From an uncultured delta proteobacterium (GTDB lineage Bacteria; Desulfobacterota; Binatia; UBA9968): a stretch of 64,000 nt of DNA. The position numbers were made by a program, and so were the translations under genes. Where the stretch lies: assembly GCA_963816145.1 (NCBI GenBank), contig CAWFJP010000005.1, positions 320,001 through 384,000 on the forward strand, written 5' to 3'. Every line of letters begins with the position of its first letter. Position 1 is the first letter of the stretch. The notes beneath the pieces were generated by a model. The model saw nothing but the letters and a program-made list of their open reading frames with translations. It did not search any database and was not told the DNA's origin. Shown here piece after piece: positions 10,501 through 19,659 of the stretch.

Positions 10501-11012
10501 TGCTGAGCGAACTGCGAGAAAGCTACGGTTTCGCTAACGACGCGTCGATCGAAGTCCGCTGGACCTTTGGCGATGATTTGCCGGTGATTCGTACCGACGC
10601 CGAGAAACTCAAAGCGATCGTGCAGAATCTCGTTAACAATGCGCTCAAATTCACTGAGACGGGAACCGTAAGCATAACGGCGAATGAATTTGTCGAGGGC
10701 GATGGCATTGAGTTGCGGGTGACGGATACCGGCATCGGTATTCCCGCGGATAAGATCGATACGATATTCGGGATGTTTCAGCAAGCCGATAATTCTTCTA
10801 CCCGAGGATATGGCGGCGTCGGACTGGGGTTATATATCGTAAAGAGCTTTACCGAACTCCTAGGCGGCCATGTGTCGGTATGCAGCGAAATTGGCAAAGG
10901 CACATGTTTTAGCGTTAATCTGCCACTCGATGCCGAAGCGAAGCTCGCGGCTCCTGGCGGCCTGGTTCCTACGCATGCCGCTCCCGCGGTTGAGCCGGCT
11001 GCAATAACTTAG
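7581..11012 (+). CDS. Membrane sensor histidine kinase (TM-dCache-TM-HAMP-3xGAF-HisKA-HATPase)
   Basis: Two TMs, HAMP, three GAF repeats, H-box SHELRTPL, NNALKFT, DTGIGI, GGVGLGL; likely start ATG 7581. Confidence 0.9.
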   Translation: MRLRLNLSLRVRLFELVAIALLPAFGLIVYHAEEQRHQAIADAANAAQRYARFVASDIHRVIDSSGHLLMALAQLPEVQNADHGACNRVFAKIIKEYRVYRDFGVADQDGRILCSASPPAGRPPIGDLVGSNGTNAPHQLVVGNYHISQPSGRAGLNLGFPIRREGSVVGLVYLELDLAWLGQIAKVADLPEGSTVTLLDRNSTILSHFPNNPGFAGRKVTTAAISNATIDNGKRISQGMWLDGQDRLFGLWSVGGASQEPWVMTQVGLLKEVALADAEWYFKRNLVALSLVAILALLIAWYVGDILFVRQLKSLAKTTAKIGAGDFNVRTGLSRRNNELDRFARSLDSMAELLQQRDHEAKVAKERSQRQLERINALREIDMAISSTLDLRAVLSVLLEKIELVLTAAAATIRLVNQQTGALEPFVCRNVDNAAWRAGSRTDLSGLAKTVLENRIPLTVANVQTDPRSTEAELDRKLGFVSYLGVPLVVARESLGVIEFYTREEHAFNDDEIEYLAALAGQSAVAIHNARLFEETRRREREASALHGVAAAASQSLDLDVILNEVISKISANFAFDSGHILLFNSETSLLELRATHPEAAASPLDEALWRQEESFIHRVAASGEVVAIEDVLADSGCRGLCGVNDEESSGRRFLAVFPVKTKLKHWGIAVFSGREPRRLNDNESRLLTSMTQQIGVAVENALLYEQTVAKAKELATLYSFTTLASQSLDIQLLLRRTTEKLLEIFKFDAVRVFLREGGSDVVVLATHFGLPSGFPLRDRYHIGEGRIGGVMNSGNPMFVPDLANDPSYWTTAQNQEMRKLGFRSSFLMPINAAGKCLGVMNFLCRQPYRFSASDVQLIEAAAHHLGTAVGNANLFSQIQRKSQELEVANKAKDEFLGVISHELRTPLNIIKGYADILKQRIFGDVNSEQATALEKIMTQATALTDMINDVLQVSAIEAQKTRLSWGDVDLVSLLSELRESYGFANDASIEVRWTFGDDLPVIRTDAEKLKAIVQNLVNNALKFTETGTVSITANEFVEGDGIELRVTDTGIGIPADKIDTIFGMFQQADNSSTRGYGGVGLGLYIVKSFTELLGGHVSVCSEIGKGTCFSVNLPLDAEAKLAAPGGLVPTHAAPAVEPAAIT

Positions 11013-11060
11013 AGTAATTACTTCAGATTCCCGGAAGGGAATCCTCTGCGGCGCCCGTAA

Positions 11061-12041
11061 CTATCGTTTCGTGGCCAATTCTTTGGCGGCTACGGCGGAC
11101 AGTGAAAAATCGAAGATTGTCGCCGCTGGCAGGTCGGCGTTCAGCCCTGCGGTGGCGGCGAGCATGGCGATGTAGGCTTTGCTTTGTTCCGGTGTCGGCA
11201 CGCCGTCGCGGGAGTAGGTGTCTTTGACTGACTCATAGGCCTTGAGCGCTTGACCTGGAGTGAGCGCCATCCATTTGCCGATCAAGGCTGTGGCGTCCTC
11301 CCGCTGGTTGGCCGTGTATTGCAAACCATCGATGGCGGCCTTGAGCACTTCAATAACTTCGCCGCGGCTGGTTTTGATTTTTTCATCGGTGGCGGCGAGA
11401 CCGGCTTGGGGAATTTGCAGCAGGGTGCCCATTTGAATCAAGCGCTTGAGCCCCATCTCTTCGCCTTTGATATCGGCCGGGGCGGCGATGATGGCGGCCT
11501 CGGCAAGGCCTTTCTGCACGGCGATCAAACGGTCGATGGATGATGGCGCGTTAATGATCGTAGTCTTGGGGCCGAGTTTGTAGCGATCGATGAGGAACTG
11601 GATCTCATAAGCGACCAGATTACCGAAACCGCTGCCGGCGATTTTCTTTCCCGTCAAATCGGTCACCGCATTGACTTCAGGGCGCACTACTAAGCTGTGT
11701 TGCAGTTTCACCGAGGCGAAGTGAATGACTTTTGCCGGTGCGCCGCGGGCAGCCGCGGTGGCGATGGTGCTGGGAATGATCGTGTAATCCACCGAGCGGT
11801 TGAGCAGCGCCGCCGCCGTCAAGCTCGGGGCCATCTGAATCAGCTCGACGTCGAAACCGCGGCGAGCGAAGAAGCCTTTCTGCACCGCGGCGTAGATTGG
11901 AAAGTAACTGAGCGATGGAGCGGCGGTGGCGATGCGAATCTTGGTGCGCGGTGCATCGGCGGCGAAGAGCGATGATGTGGCCGGCGGAGCCGCGAAGAAG
12001 AATTGACCGGATAGGACCAAAAGGACCGCTAATCGAATCAT
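11061..12041 (-). CDS. ABC substrate-binding protein, NMT1/SsuA-like
   Basis: Signal peptide from ATG 12041 (GGAG RBS); AVQKGFFARRGFDVELI. Confidence 0.85.
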   Translation of the reverse strand: MIRLAVLLVLSGQFFFAAPPATSSLFAADAPRTKIRIATAAPSLSYFPIYAAVQKGFFARRGFDVELIQMAPSLTAAALLNRSVDYTIIPSTIATAAARGAPAKVIHFASVKLQHSLVVRPEVNAVTDLTGKKIAGSGFGNLVAYEIQFLIDRYKLGPKTTIINAPSSIDRLIAVQKGLAEAAIIAAPADIKGEEMGLKRLIQMGTLLQIPQAGLAATDEKIKTSRGEVIEVLKAAIDGLQYTANQREDATALIGKWMALTPGQALKAYESVKDTYSRDGVPTPEQSKAYIAMLAATAGLNADLPAATIFDFSLSAVAAKELATKR

Positions 12042-12087
12042 ATTATCTCCAGAGGTCTTTATAGAAGCTTGGATCGGATAGTCGTAA

Positions 12088-13092
12088 TTAGCGAAACAGT
12101 TTCTGGAATTCTTGCCGTTTTTCGGCGTAAAACGATTCGCCGAGATCATCCATTTCGACGAACTTGATCTTGTCGGCGTCGGGTACCGGCGGGTAAACGC
12201 CTTTGCGGTTTACGAACTCGCCGGCCTTGGCCATGAGGTTCATGCTCTCATCGTCGAGGAAAAAGTCGATGAAGGCCCGGGCGGCATTAGGATGGGGCGC
12301 CTTGTGGAAGATCGACATGTAGCTGGCGTCACCCAAGAGCCGATAGTCGCCGCGCACGTAATCTACCGGCGCGCCTTTCTGGCCGTTCAAGAACACATAA
12401 TAGACGTAAGTGATACCGATAGGGGTTTCGCCGGTGGTGATGCGGTCGGCCGCGGGTCCGAAGGATTCGACGAGCACGGGCTTCATCGCCGCTAGGTCGC
12501 GGATGAATTTATCCGATCTGTCTTTGCCCATGAGCTTGGGCAAATTCGCTAGCCATTGAGCGGTCGTGGTATGCAGCGTCGGGTCGGCCATGACCAGCTT
12601 GCCGCGGAATTGCGGTTTGACCAAATCTTCCAATGACTTTGGCGCGTCGGCGGGTTTGATCGCGCTTTTGTTGTACATCACGCCGACGATGTGATTGCGC
12701 GCGCGCGGACCGAGCTGGGGATCGATGGCTTCTTTCGGAAAATCCTTGCTCATCGGTGACTCATATTTTGCCAGGATGCCTTCCTTGAGCATGATGCGTT
12801 GGGTGTCTTCGGTGGACATCACCAGATCGAAGAGCGCCTTGCCGGCGCGCGCTTCAGTCAAGGCGCGTTCCATCACTTTGGTCGCCGAGGTGCGCCAATA
12901 GTCGATGGCCACGCCGGTTCTTTTCTGAAAGGATTTTTGCAGCAGCTCAAAAATATCCGACTGCATCGTGCCGTAGACGATCAGCTTGCCGTCTTTCTTC
13001 GCGGCCTCGATGAGTTTGACGTCTTGGGCGAAGGCTGGAGTCAGCCACGGCAAGCAAAAAACCAATAGTGTCAGGTTGCGGAAACGCTTCAC
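12088..13092 (-). CDS. Extracellular solute-binding protein (Fe3+/thiamine-type)
   Basis: AAKKDGKLIVY, YNK...APKSLEDL, APHPNAARAFIDF. Confidence 0.85.
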   Translation of the reverse strand: MKRFRNLTLLVFCLPWLTPAFAQDVKLIEAAKKDGKLIVYGTMQSDIFELLQKSFQKRTGVAIDYWRTSATKVMERALTEARAGKALFDLVMSTEDTQRIMLKEGILAKYESPMSKDFPKEAIDPQLGPRARNHIVGVMYNKSAIKPADAPKSLEDLVKPQFRGKLVMADPTLHTTTAQWLANLPKLMGKDRSDKFIRDLAAMKPVLVESFGPAADRITTGETPIGITYVYYVFLNGQKGAPVDYVRGDYRLLGDASYMSIFHKAPHPNAARAFIDFFLDDESMNLMAKAGEFVNRKGVYPPVPDADKIKFVEMDDLGESFYAEKRQEFQKLFR

Positions 13093-13108
13093 TGCGACTC
13101 CTTTCGGG

Positions 13109-13143
13109 CCCTCCCCTAACCCGTTACCGCAAGCGGACGTGGG
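13109..13143. repeat. Degenerate CCCTCxCC-type REP-like hairpin
   Basis: CCCTCCCCTAACCCGTTACCGCAAGCGGACGTGGG. Confidence 0.45.
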
Positions 13144-13153
13144 TATCGGAAGG

Positions 13154-14194
13154 TTAGATGCGGTAAAAGTCTTTGGCGTTGTCGTAAAGGATTTTCTGTT
13201 TTGTGGCGTCGGATAGCTCCGGCCGTTTGAGCAGCTCCGGTATGTCCTTCAAGAATTCGCCATAGACTCGCTCATGCGGGTAGTCGGAGGGGAACATGAT
13301 GCGGTCGTCGCCGACCACCTGGGCGACATGGGCGAGGGAAGTCTCTTCCGGTTCGCAGGTGACATAGACCGGGCAATCTTTCACGTAGTCGCTGGGCTTC
13401 TTTTTTAAATTCGGAAAGGAACGGGCGCCGCGGGTTTCGTATTCGTAGTCCAAGCGGTCCATCATGTAGGGCAGCCAGCCGCAGCCGGCTTCGAGAAAGG
13501 CGATTTTCAGTTCGGGAAATTGTTCGAGGACGCCGTCACAGATGATGCTGGTGAACTGAATCATCAGCGGGAAAGGATGTTCGAGAGCATGAACTTGCCC
13601 CTGATCTTCGAAAAAATCGAAACCGAAGCCGCGGCTGGGCGCACCGTGAATGCCTAGCGGCACGCCGAGGTCCTGGGCCGCCGCGAAGATCGGGCGAAAA
13701 TCAGGATGTCCGAAACCTTTGTTCATGACGGTGGCCGATGGCAGAAACGCGCCGACCATGTCGAGCTTCTCGACGGCGTAGCGCAACTCCGCAGCCGCGC
13801 CATGGGGATCTTGGATCGGCAGCACGGCGACGCCTTTCAAGCGCGAGTCTTTCTTGATGTAACGGGCATTGAACCAATTGTTGTAAGCGCGCGAGATCGA
13901 GCGGGACCAGTCTGGATCTTGCACCAAGCCGATGGCTAAAGCCGCCGTCGGATAGAGCACGGTGTAATCGACGCCTAGCGTCTCAACGAACTTGATCACG
14001 TCCTCGGGTTTGGTTTCAGTGACTTTATCCGGGCGGCCGGCGCCGAGGCCGCGCGGCCAGCCGTCGAGCGACGGAAATAGCGCATAGGCGCGAGCGCGGC
14101 GCATGCCGCGATATTTGCCTTCGAAGTATTCTTCGATCTCTTCGTGATTCTCATAAATATGGCCGTCGGCATCGATAACTTTGAGCTTTTGCAT
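13154..14194 (-). CDS. Amidohydrolase-2 family (ACMSD/LigW-like) protein
   Basis: IDADGH, RAYNNW, LGIHG, LEAGCGW, FPSDYPH. Confidence 0.9.
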   Translation of the reverse strand: MQKLKVIDADGHIYENHEEIEEYFEGKYRGMRRARAYALFPSLDGWPRGLGAGRPDKVTETKPEDVIKFVETLGVDYTVLYPTAALAIGLVQDPDWSRSISRAYNNWFNARYIKKDSRLKGVAVLPIQDPHGAAAELRYAVEKLDMVGAFLPSATVMNKGFGHPDFRPIFAAAQDLGVPLGIHGAPSRGFGFDFFEDQGQVHALEHPFPLMIQFTSIICDGVLEQFPELKIAFLEAGCGWLPYMMDRLDYEYETRGARSFPNLKKKPSDYVKDCPVYVTCEPEETSLAHVAQVVGDDRIMFPSDYPHERVYGEFLKDIPELLKRPELSDATKQKILYDNAKDFYRI

Positions 14195-14235
14195 AATGAA
14201 AAATCCTTTCTGCTCCTGTCGCATCGGTATGCGCG

Positions 14236-14265
14236 AGGTTAGGCTGCGACTCGGTTTGCTGTCAA
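14236..14265 (-). promoter_or_regulatory. sigma70-type promoter
   Basis: TTGACA-18-TAACCT on the minus strand upstream of 14194. Confidence 0.55.
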
Positions 14266-14303
14266 GTGGTGGTCAGCGCCGAAACCAAAACTCGGATGAT
14301 CTT

Positions 14304-14440
14304 TCGCAGAGGCGCGAAGGCGCAATGTTCGGTGGTTTTCATTTCGAACGGAGAGTGACATCTTTCATAGATCCCTCGCATTCGCTCGGGATGACCTCCC
14401 GCTGGCATGTCACTTAGCGCCTTTGCGCGTTGGCGAGCGA
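14304..14440. repeat. Nested palindromic repeats: GCGCxAAG-type outer arms around a GTCAT/ATGAC-type REP element
   Basis: Outer CGCAGAGGCGCGAAGGCGCAA / TTAGCGCCTTTGCGCGTTGGCG; inner TCATTTCGAAC...AGATCCCTCGCATTCGCTCGGGATGAC (14339-14395). Confidence 0.7.
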
Positions 14441-14578
14441 TCATTCCAATCCGAGATTGACGCAAATTGGGCCAATCGCTTTTATGACCAGGGTTTTGAA
14501 CCGCCACGATACACGTTGATTGCGGCAGCCGTTTCGGGTTAGACAGGAAGAAATTACTTTTTCTTGGAGGGAAAAGTT

Positions 14579-15664
14579 ATGGCACGCAACGGAATCCCCG
14601 TCGTCGATGGCGACGGTCATGTGATGGAAGATTGGGACGGGCTTTTGCAATATATGCCGGAGCCGTACATCAAGAGCGGCCGCTTCAAGGGTCGGATTTT
14701 CCCGCCGCTGGATCATCTACATGGGGCGACGCTCTATACGCTGGTGCCCGGCGCGTTCCGTCCGGTGCGCGAAGATGGCTGGTTGGAGTTTATGGAAGAT
14801 GTCGGCATCGAGCGGGCGGTGCTGTACAGCACGGGTGGGCTGGCCTTTGGCAAGGTTATAACCCGTGAATTCGCCGTCGACGTGGCGCGGGCGTGGAACA
14901 ACTGGTTCGCCGACACTTACTTGAAAAAAAGCCCGCGCTTTCAGGGGCTGGCCTTGGTGCCGCTGCAAGAACCGGCGGAAGCGATTAAAGAAATGCGCCG
15001 CGCGGTCAATGAACTGAAATTCTGCGGCGTCATGCTGCCATCCACCGGCTTCAAGGGCCATTTGGGGGATAAGGAATACTGGCCGTTTTATGAAGAAGCG
15101 AGCAAACTCGGCTGCTGTATCGGTATTCATGGCGGCGCCCACGAGGGACTGGGAATGGATTGGCTTACGCCCTACGCACCGATCAATGGTTTGGGCCATG
15201 CGATTGGCCAGATGGTGGCGTTTGCCGGCTTGGTCTTTAACGGAATTTTTGAAAAGTATCCCAACGTCCGCGTCGGTTTCATGGAAGCCGGGGTGTCGTG
15301 GTTGCAAACATGCTTAGAGCGCTTCGACCGCGGCTGGGAAACCCATATCCAGTACGATCCGCGCGGCGAATATCTGCAGCTCAAGCCTGGCGAAAAAGTC
15401 AGCGACTATATCCGCCGCCATGTCGAAGCGGGGCGCATCTTCGTCGGCTGTGAAGGTACCGAGAAAGGGCTGCATCATTTAGTTGAGGCGGTTGGCAATA
15501 AGCCATTCATGTTCTCCAGCGACTTTCCCCATGAAGTGAATAACGAATACTGCAAGCACGAGATCGAAGAAATCATCGAGAACGAGCATCTCACCGATGA
15601 CGATAAGCATGCGGTGCTGCATCGCAACGCGGAACGGTTTTACGGTCTGAAGCCGCTGGGGTGA
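14579..15664 (+). CDS. Amidohydrolase-2 family protein
   Basis: VDGDGH, RAWNNW, IGIHG, MEAGVSW, FSSDFPH; start ATG 14579 after GGAGGG. Confidence 0.9.
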   Translation: MARNGIPVVDGDGHVMEDWDGLLQYMPEPYIKSGRFKGRIFPPLDHLHGATLYTLVPGAFRPVREDGWLEFMEDVGIERAVLYSTGGLAFGKVITREFAVDVARAWNNWFADTYLKKSPRFQGLALVPLQEPAEAIKEMRRAVNELKFCGVMLPSTGFKGHLGDKEYWPFYEEASKLGCCIGIHGGAHEGLGMDWLTPYAPINGLGHAIGQMVAFAGLVFNGIFEKYPNVRVGFMEAGVSWLQTCLERFDRGWETHIQYDPRGEYLQLKPGEKVSDYIRRHVEAGRIFVGCEGTEKGLHHLVEAVGNKPFMFSSDFPHEVNNEYCKHEIEEIIENEHLTDDDKHAVLHRNAERFYGLKPLG

Positions 15665-15697
15665 TACGGCGAGCGGAGTGAACCGTCTCTGAATCAA

Positions 15698-15740
15698 TCC
15701 GTGCGGGGTTTTTGGATCTACCGGTCTGAGCCCCGCGCGG
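15698..15740 (+). terminator. GC-rich stem-loop after amidohydrolase
   Basis: CCGTGCGGGGTTT ... GAGCCCCGCGCGG; no clear U tract. Confidence 0.4.
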
Positions 15741-15838
15741 TTGCCTAACAATATTAATTCTCCGAGCCGCTCTTTAACTCCCCATCACTCCTGGTTAAAT
15801 TCATAGTCAGTCATAGCTCTATTTTCGGAGTTGAATTT

Positions 15839-16948
15839 ATGGACATGCCGATGTCCGGCGATATTTTCCCTGCCAGGCAAGCGATTGAGATGATCGACCA
15901 GGTCGATCTCTCTCTTCCCATTGAGATTCCCGCCGTGCCGCTGGAGTCCGACCCGGATAATGTGCCGCCCGCGGATCATCGCGCGCTGTTAGCGGAAGTT
16001 GCCGCGCTCAAGAAAGCAAAGAACGCTTATATTCTGGCCCATAATTATGCGCCGCGCGATATTCAGGATGTCGCCGATGCGGTGGGCGATTCGCTCTACC
16101 TGGCGCAGCAGGGTGCCCAGTCCGACGCCGACGTTTTGGTTGAAGCGTCGGTGCTGTTCATGAACCAGATCCTGGCGATTATGAAAAAACCGCGACAGCG
16201 GGTGTTGGCGCCGGATCCGGGTGCGCTCTGTTCCTTGGCGGCGCATGCCGACGCAGGTAAAATTCGCCAGTGGCGGCGCGATCACCCGGACGGCATTGTC
16301 ATCAGTTACGTGAATACGTACTTGGATGTAAAAGCGGAAAGCGACTACTGCTGTGCCTCGGCCAACGCGGCCAAAGTCGTGCTGTATGTCTTGGAACATT
16401 CGCGCCCGAGCCAACCGCTGCTGTTTCTTCCCGATCTCTATCTTGGTTTTTACGCGGCAAAGCTGTTGGAGCAACAGAAGCAGTCCGTTGACCGGCTCTG
16501 GCTGATGATGGGCGCTTGTCATGTGCATGACCGGATCCGGCCGTATCATGTCGAGCAGCAACGCAAGCTCTATCCCGATGCGGCGGTGGTGGTTCATCCC
16601 GAGTGTGGCTGCACCAGCGCCTGTATGCGCCAGATGGCGCAGGGTAAAACGCCGGCGGATATGATGCAGTTCCGCTCGACGCAGGGTATGGTGCAGTTCG
16701 TCCGCGACACACCGCAGCAAGTCGTGATCATGGCCACCGAGGTGGGTAACATTTATCCGTTGTCCAAAGCTGCGCCCGGGAAGACGATCGTGCCGGCGAG
16801 CGCTGAAGCGGTGTGCGCATTCATGAAGCAGAACACATTGCGCAAATTACGTGACTCGCTGCGCGATGGCGTGCACGAAATTAAAGTCGATGCCGAGTTG
16901 GCGGCGCGGGCGCGGCTGCCGATCGAGCGGATGTTGAGTATTTTGTAA
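15839..16948 (+). CDS. nadA: Quinolinate synthase NadA
   Basis: ILAHNY, GDSL, CSLA, YVNT, FLPD, CHVH, HPEC, GST-equivalent RST, CAFM: three Fe-S Cys present. Confidence 0.9.
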   Translation: MDMPMSGDIFPARQAIEMIDQVDLSLPIEIPAVPLESDPDNVPPADHRALLAEVAALKKAKNAYILAHNYAPRDIQDVADAVGDSLYLAQQGAQSDADVLVEASVLFMNQILAIMKKPRQRVLAPDPGALCSLAAHADAGKIRQWRRDHPDGIVISYVNTYLDVKAESDYCCASANAAKVVLYVLEHSRPSQPLLFLPDLYLGFYAAKLLEQQKQSVDRLWLMMGACHVHDRIRPYHVEQQRKLYPDAAVVVHPECGCTSACMRQMAQGKTPADMMQFRSTQGMVQFVRDTPQQVVIMATEVGNIYPLSKAAPGKTIVPASAEAVCAFMKQNTLRKLRDSLRDGVHEIKVDAELAARARLPIERMLSIL

Positions 16949-16995
16949 TCGTTACGGCGGCCGAACCCGCCCACACGGCGAGAGAAAGGTAATCG

Positions 16996-18630
16996 ATGAT
17001 GGAAGATCTCGTTGAAATCGTCAATCCGTTGGGTGTCCCGCGCAAGCAGGTGAGTAAACTGGCGCCGCGACGATACGACAGCCTGGAGGGCCGGCGGATT
17101 GGATTGCTCGATAACAACAAGCCCAACGCCGACACGTTCTTGCAAATCATCGGCGAATTACTCCGCGCGCGTCATGCCGATATCCAACTCGTTGCCAAAC
17201 GCAAGATGACGCGCATGGAATCGGACGGTCTGGCGCAGTTAGCCGGGGATTGCGATGTCGTCATCAACGCCTTTGCCGATTGAGGTTCGTGCACGTCGTG
17301 GAGTGTCCACGACTCGGTAAAGCTCGAAGGCGCGGGGATTGCCACCGTGACCGTGGTGAGCAGCGAGTTTTGGGCCCTAGCTCTGACAGAGGCGCAGGCG
17401 CGTGGTGTGAAAGATCTGCCGCTGGTCAAAGTGCCGCATCCGGTGGGCACGATAGCGTTTGATGCGCTGCGCTCGGTCGCCGAGTCGGCAGTCGATGCGA
17501 TTGTCAGTAAATTGGTTCGCGGCAATGATTCGGCCTCGTGCGGCGAGGGCATCTCTGCAGAGGCCGGTGAAGGCAGTGCCGCCGCCACGTTGTCCGTTCC
17601 GAGCGATCCCGAAGATTTGTTCAGTTTCTTTTTCGATCGCGGATGGACCGACGGCTTGCCGGTCTTGCCACCGACTTTAGCAGCGGTGCGAAAGATGGTT
17701 GCCGCTGGCGGCAAGAAAGCCGATGTGATTTTGGGCGTCATCCCGCCGCTGAATGGCGTTGCCACCGTTGAAAAGATCGCCGCCAATGCGGTGATGGCAG
17801 GCTGTTTGCCGGACTATTATCCGCTCGTGCTCGCGGCGGTGCGCGCCATCACCCGGCCGGGCTATAACCTTGACGGCTTGCAGACGACCACGGGAAATAT
17901 CGCGCCGCTGGCGATCGTTAACGGGCCTTGCCGCAATCGGTTGGCGATCAACTATGGTGCCAATGTGCTCGGTCAGGGCTGGCGCGCTAACGCCACCATC
18001 GGCCGGGCGATTCGTTTCGTCATGACCAATATCGGCGGTGCTCGGCCCGGCAGCTTCGATAAGTCGACGATGGGCCAGCCGGCGAAATACACTTTTTGTT
18101 TCGCTGAAAACGAAGAAGAGAGTCCGTGGCAACCGTTTCATGTCGAGCGCGGCCTGGCGCGCGATTGCGATACGATACATATGTTCGGCGCCAGCGGCGT
18201 TTACAGCGCCGTCGATATGGCCAGCCAATCGGCCAATGGATTGCTCAAGACTTTCGCGTTGACGATGACCGGCGGCTTGGCGAGCGGCGTGACTTCAACA
18301 GAAGTTCTCTGGGTGATTTGTCCCGAGCACGCGGCTATCCTGGCGCGGGATGGTTTTTCCAAAGAGAAGTTGCGTGTCGAGCTATTCGCTTTTGCACGCG
18401 TGCCCTTCGACAAGATCGCCGATGAAAACTTAGATCTGCTCGCCAAACGGCGACCTGGTTGGTTCAAGTCTGGCGCGGCGCGCGAGATTGGCGTGGTCGA
18501 CCGGCCCGAAGACATCTGGCTCGTGGTCGCCGGTGGCGCGGGCGCCAAGTCGGCATATATTCCGGGGCGGACGGGAACGCGGATGCAAACGGTGGCCGTG
18601 GAGGGACCCGAGTATGCAGTACTGGAGTGA
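16996..18630 (+). CDS. UGSC-motif selenoprotein fused to a conserved uncharacterised domain (Sec at TGA 17281-17283, residue 96; 544 aa)
   Basis: ORFs 16996..17283 and 17347..18630 are in frame with no other stop; read-through gives AFAD-U-GSCTSWSVHD..LEGAGIATV; SECIS-like hairpin follows. Confidence 0.88.
17295..17313 (+). promoter_or_regulatory. Bacterial SECIS-like hairpin
   Basis: GTCGTGGA-GTG-TCCACGAC, perfect 8-bp stem with G-first loop, 11 nt after the TGA. Confidence 0.8.
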
Positions 18631-18637
18631 TGGCAAT

Positions 18638-19630
18638 ATGAGTTGGAATCGGCAAATCGTAATTGTGATGATCTATTTCTGCGTGTGGTTGGTGCCGTCG
18701 CTGGCCGATGCCCAAATCAAGTCGATCATCATCGGCGAAGGGGTGCGCGGCGCGATGTATTTGCCGGCGTACATCGCCGAGGAAAAAGGCTTCTTCAAGC
18801 GGCGTGAATTGGATACCCGCATGGTTACCTTCAGCCGCAGCAACGACATCAATGCCTTGGTGTCGGGAGATATACAGTTCGATCTGACGTCGCCGGACAA
18901 AGTTGTCCATAGCGCCTTGGGCGGATTCCCGGTGAAGATGGTGATGGGCACGGCACGCGGGCTGAACCTCGCCTTGACGGTGCATCCATCGATCCGCACG
19001 GCTACCGATTTGCGTGGCAAGTCGGTGGCGATCACCGGCTTTTCCGGTTTGCCCTATACCGGGCTGCTGCTCTGTTTACGCGAACTCGGCATGACCAAGG
19101 ATCAGGTGGTGCCGCTCAATATCGGCGGCAAGAGCGCGCGCTTCGAGGCCTTACTCGGCAATCGTGTGCCGGCGGCGATCCTCGATCCGCCCTATACAAC
19201 GCTGGCGGCCAAGGAAGGTTACCGCTTGCTAGTGGACTTGGCGCCGTTGGATGTTCCCTATCTGCGCAACATTGTCGCGGTGTCGGAGAAAACGCTGCGC
19301 GACGACAGCCGCACGGTCGCGCGCTTTGTCGCTGGGTTGGCGGAGGGCATGCAGTTTTATCGCAACAAGGTCAACAAAGAAGACAGCATGAAGATTCTGG
19401 CGAAGTATCTACGGCTGCCGTTGGAGAAAAATCGTCCGATGATCGAAGAAGGCTATGAAACCTATCGTGATATGATGCTGAAAAAACCTTACGCGGACCC
19501 CACTGCGATGAAGATTCTGCTGGAGATCATAGCCGAATCGAATCCCAAGGCGAAGTCGGTCAATCTCGCGGCGCTGATCGACTCGTCGTTCGTCGAAGGC
19601 TTGGATCGTGCGGGTATGTTCGACCGTTAG
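18638..19630 (+). CDS. ABC substrate-binding protein, NMT1/SsuA-like
   Basis: Signal peptide from ATG 18638; YIAEEKGFF, DLRGKSVAI; 7 nt after the selenoprotein stop. Confidence 0.85.
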   Translation: MSWNRQIVIVMIYFCVWLVPSLADAQIKSIIIGEGVRGAMYLPAYIAEEKGFFKRRELDTRMVTFSRSNDINALVSGDIQFDLTSPDKVVHSALGGFPVKMVMGTARGLNLALTVHPSIRTATDLRGKSVAITGFSGLPYTGLLLCLRELGMTKDQVVPLNIGGKSARFEALLGNRVPAAILDPPYTTLAAKEGYRLLVDLAPLDVPYLRNIVAVSEKTLRDDSRTVARFVAGLAEGMQFYRNKVNKEDSMKILAKYLRLPLEKNRPMIEEGYETYRDMMLKKPYADPTAMKILLEIIAESNPKAKSVNLAALIDSSFVEGLDRAGMFDR

Positions 19631-19659
19631 CCCAGTTTGGCCACGGCGTTTGGTAATCG

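Noticed and set aside
15750-15838. NAD+ riboswitch or NrtR box upstream of nadA
   Set aside because: Only a short AACTCC/GGAGTT stem and an ATAG-N12-CTAT palindrome; neither fits the consensus as I recall it. An Rfam/RegPrecise scan is needed.
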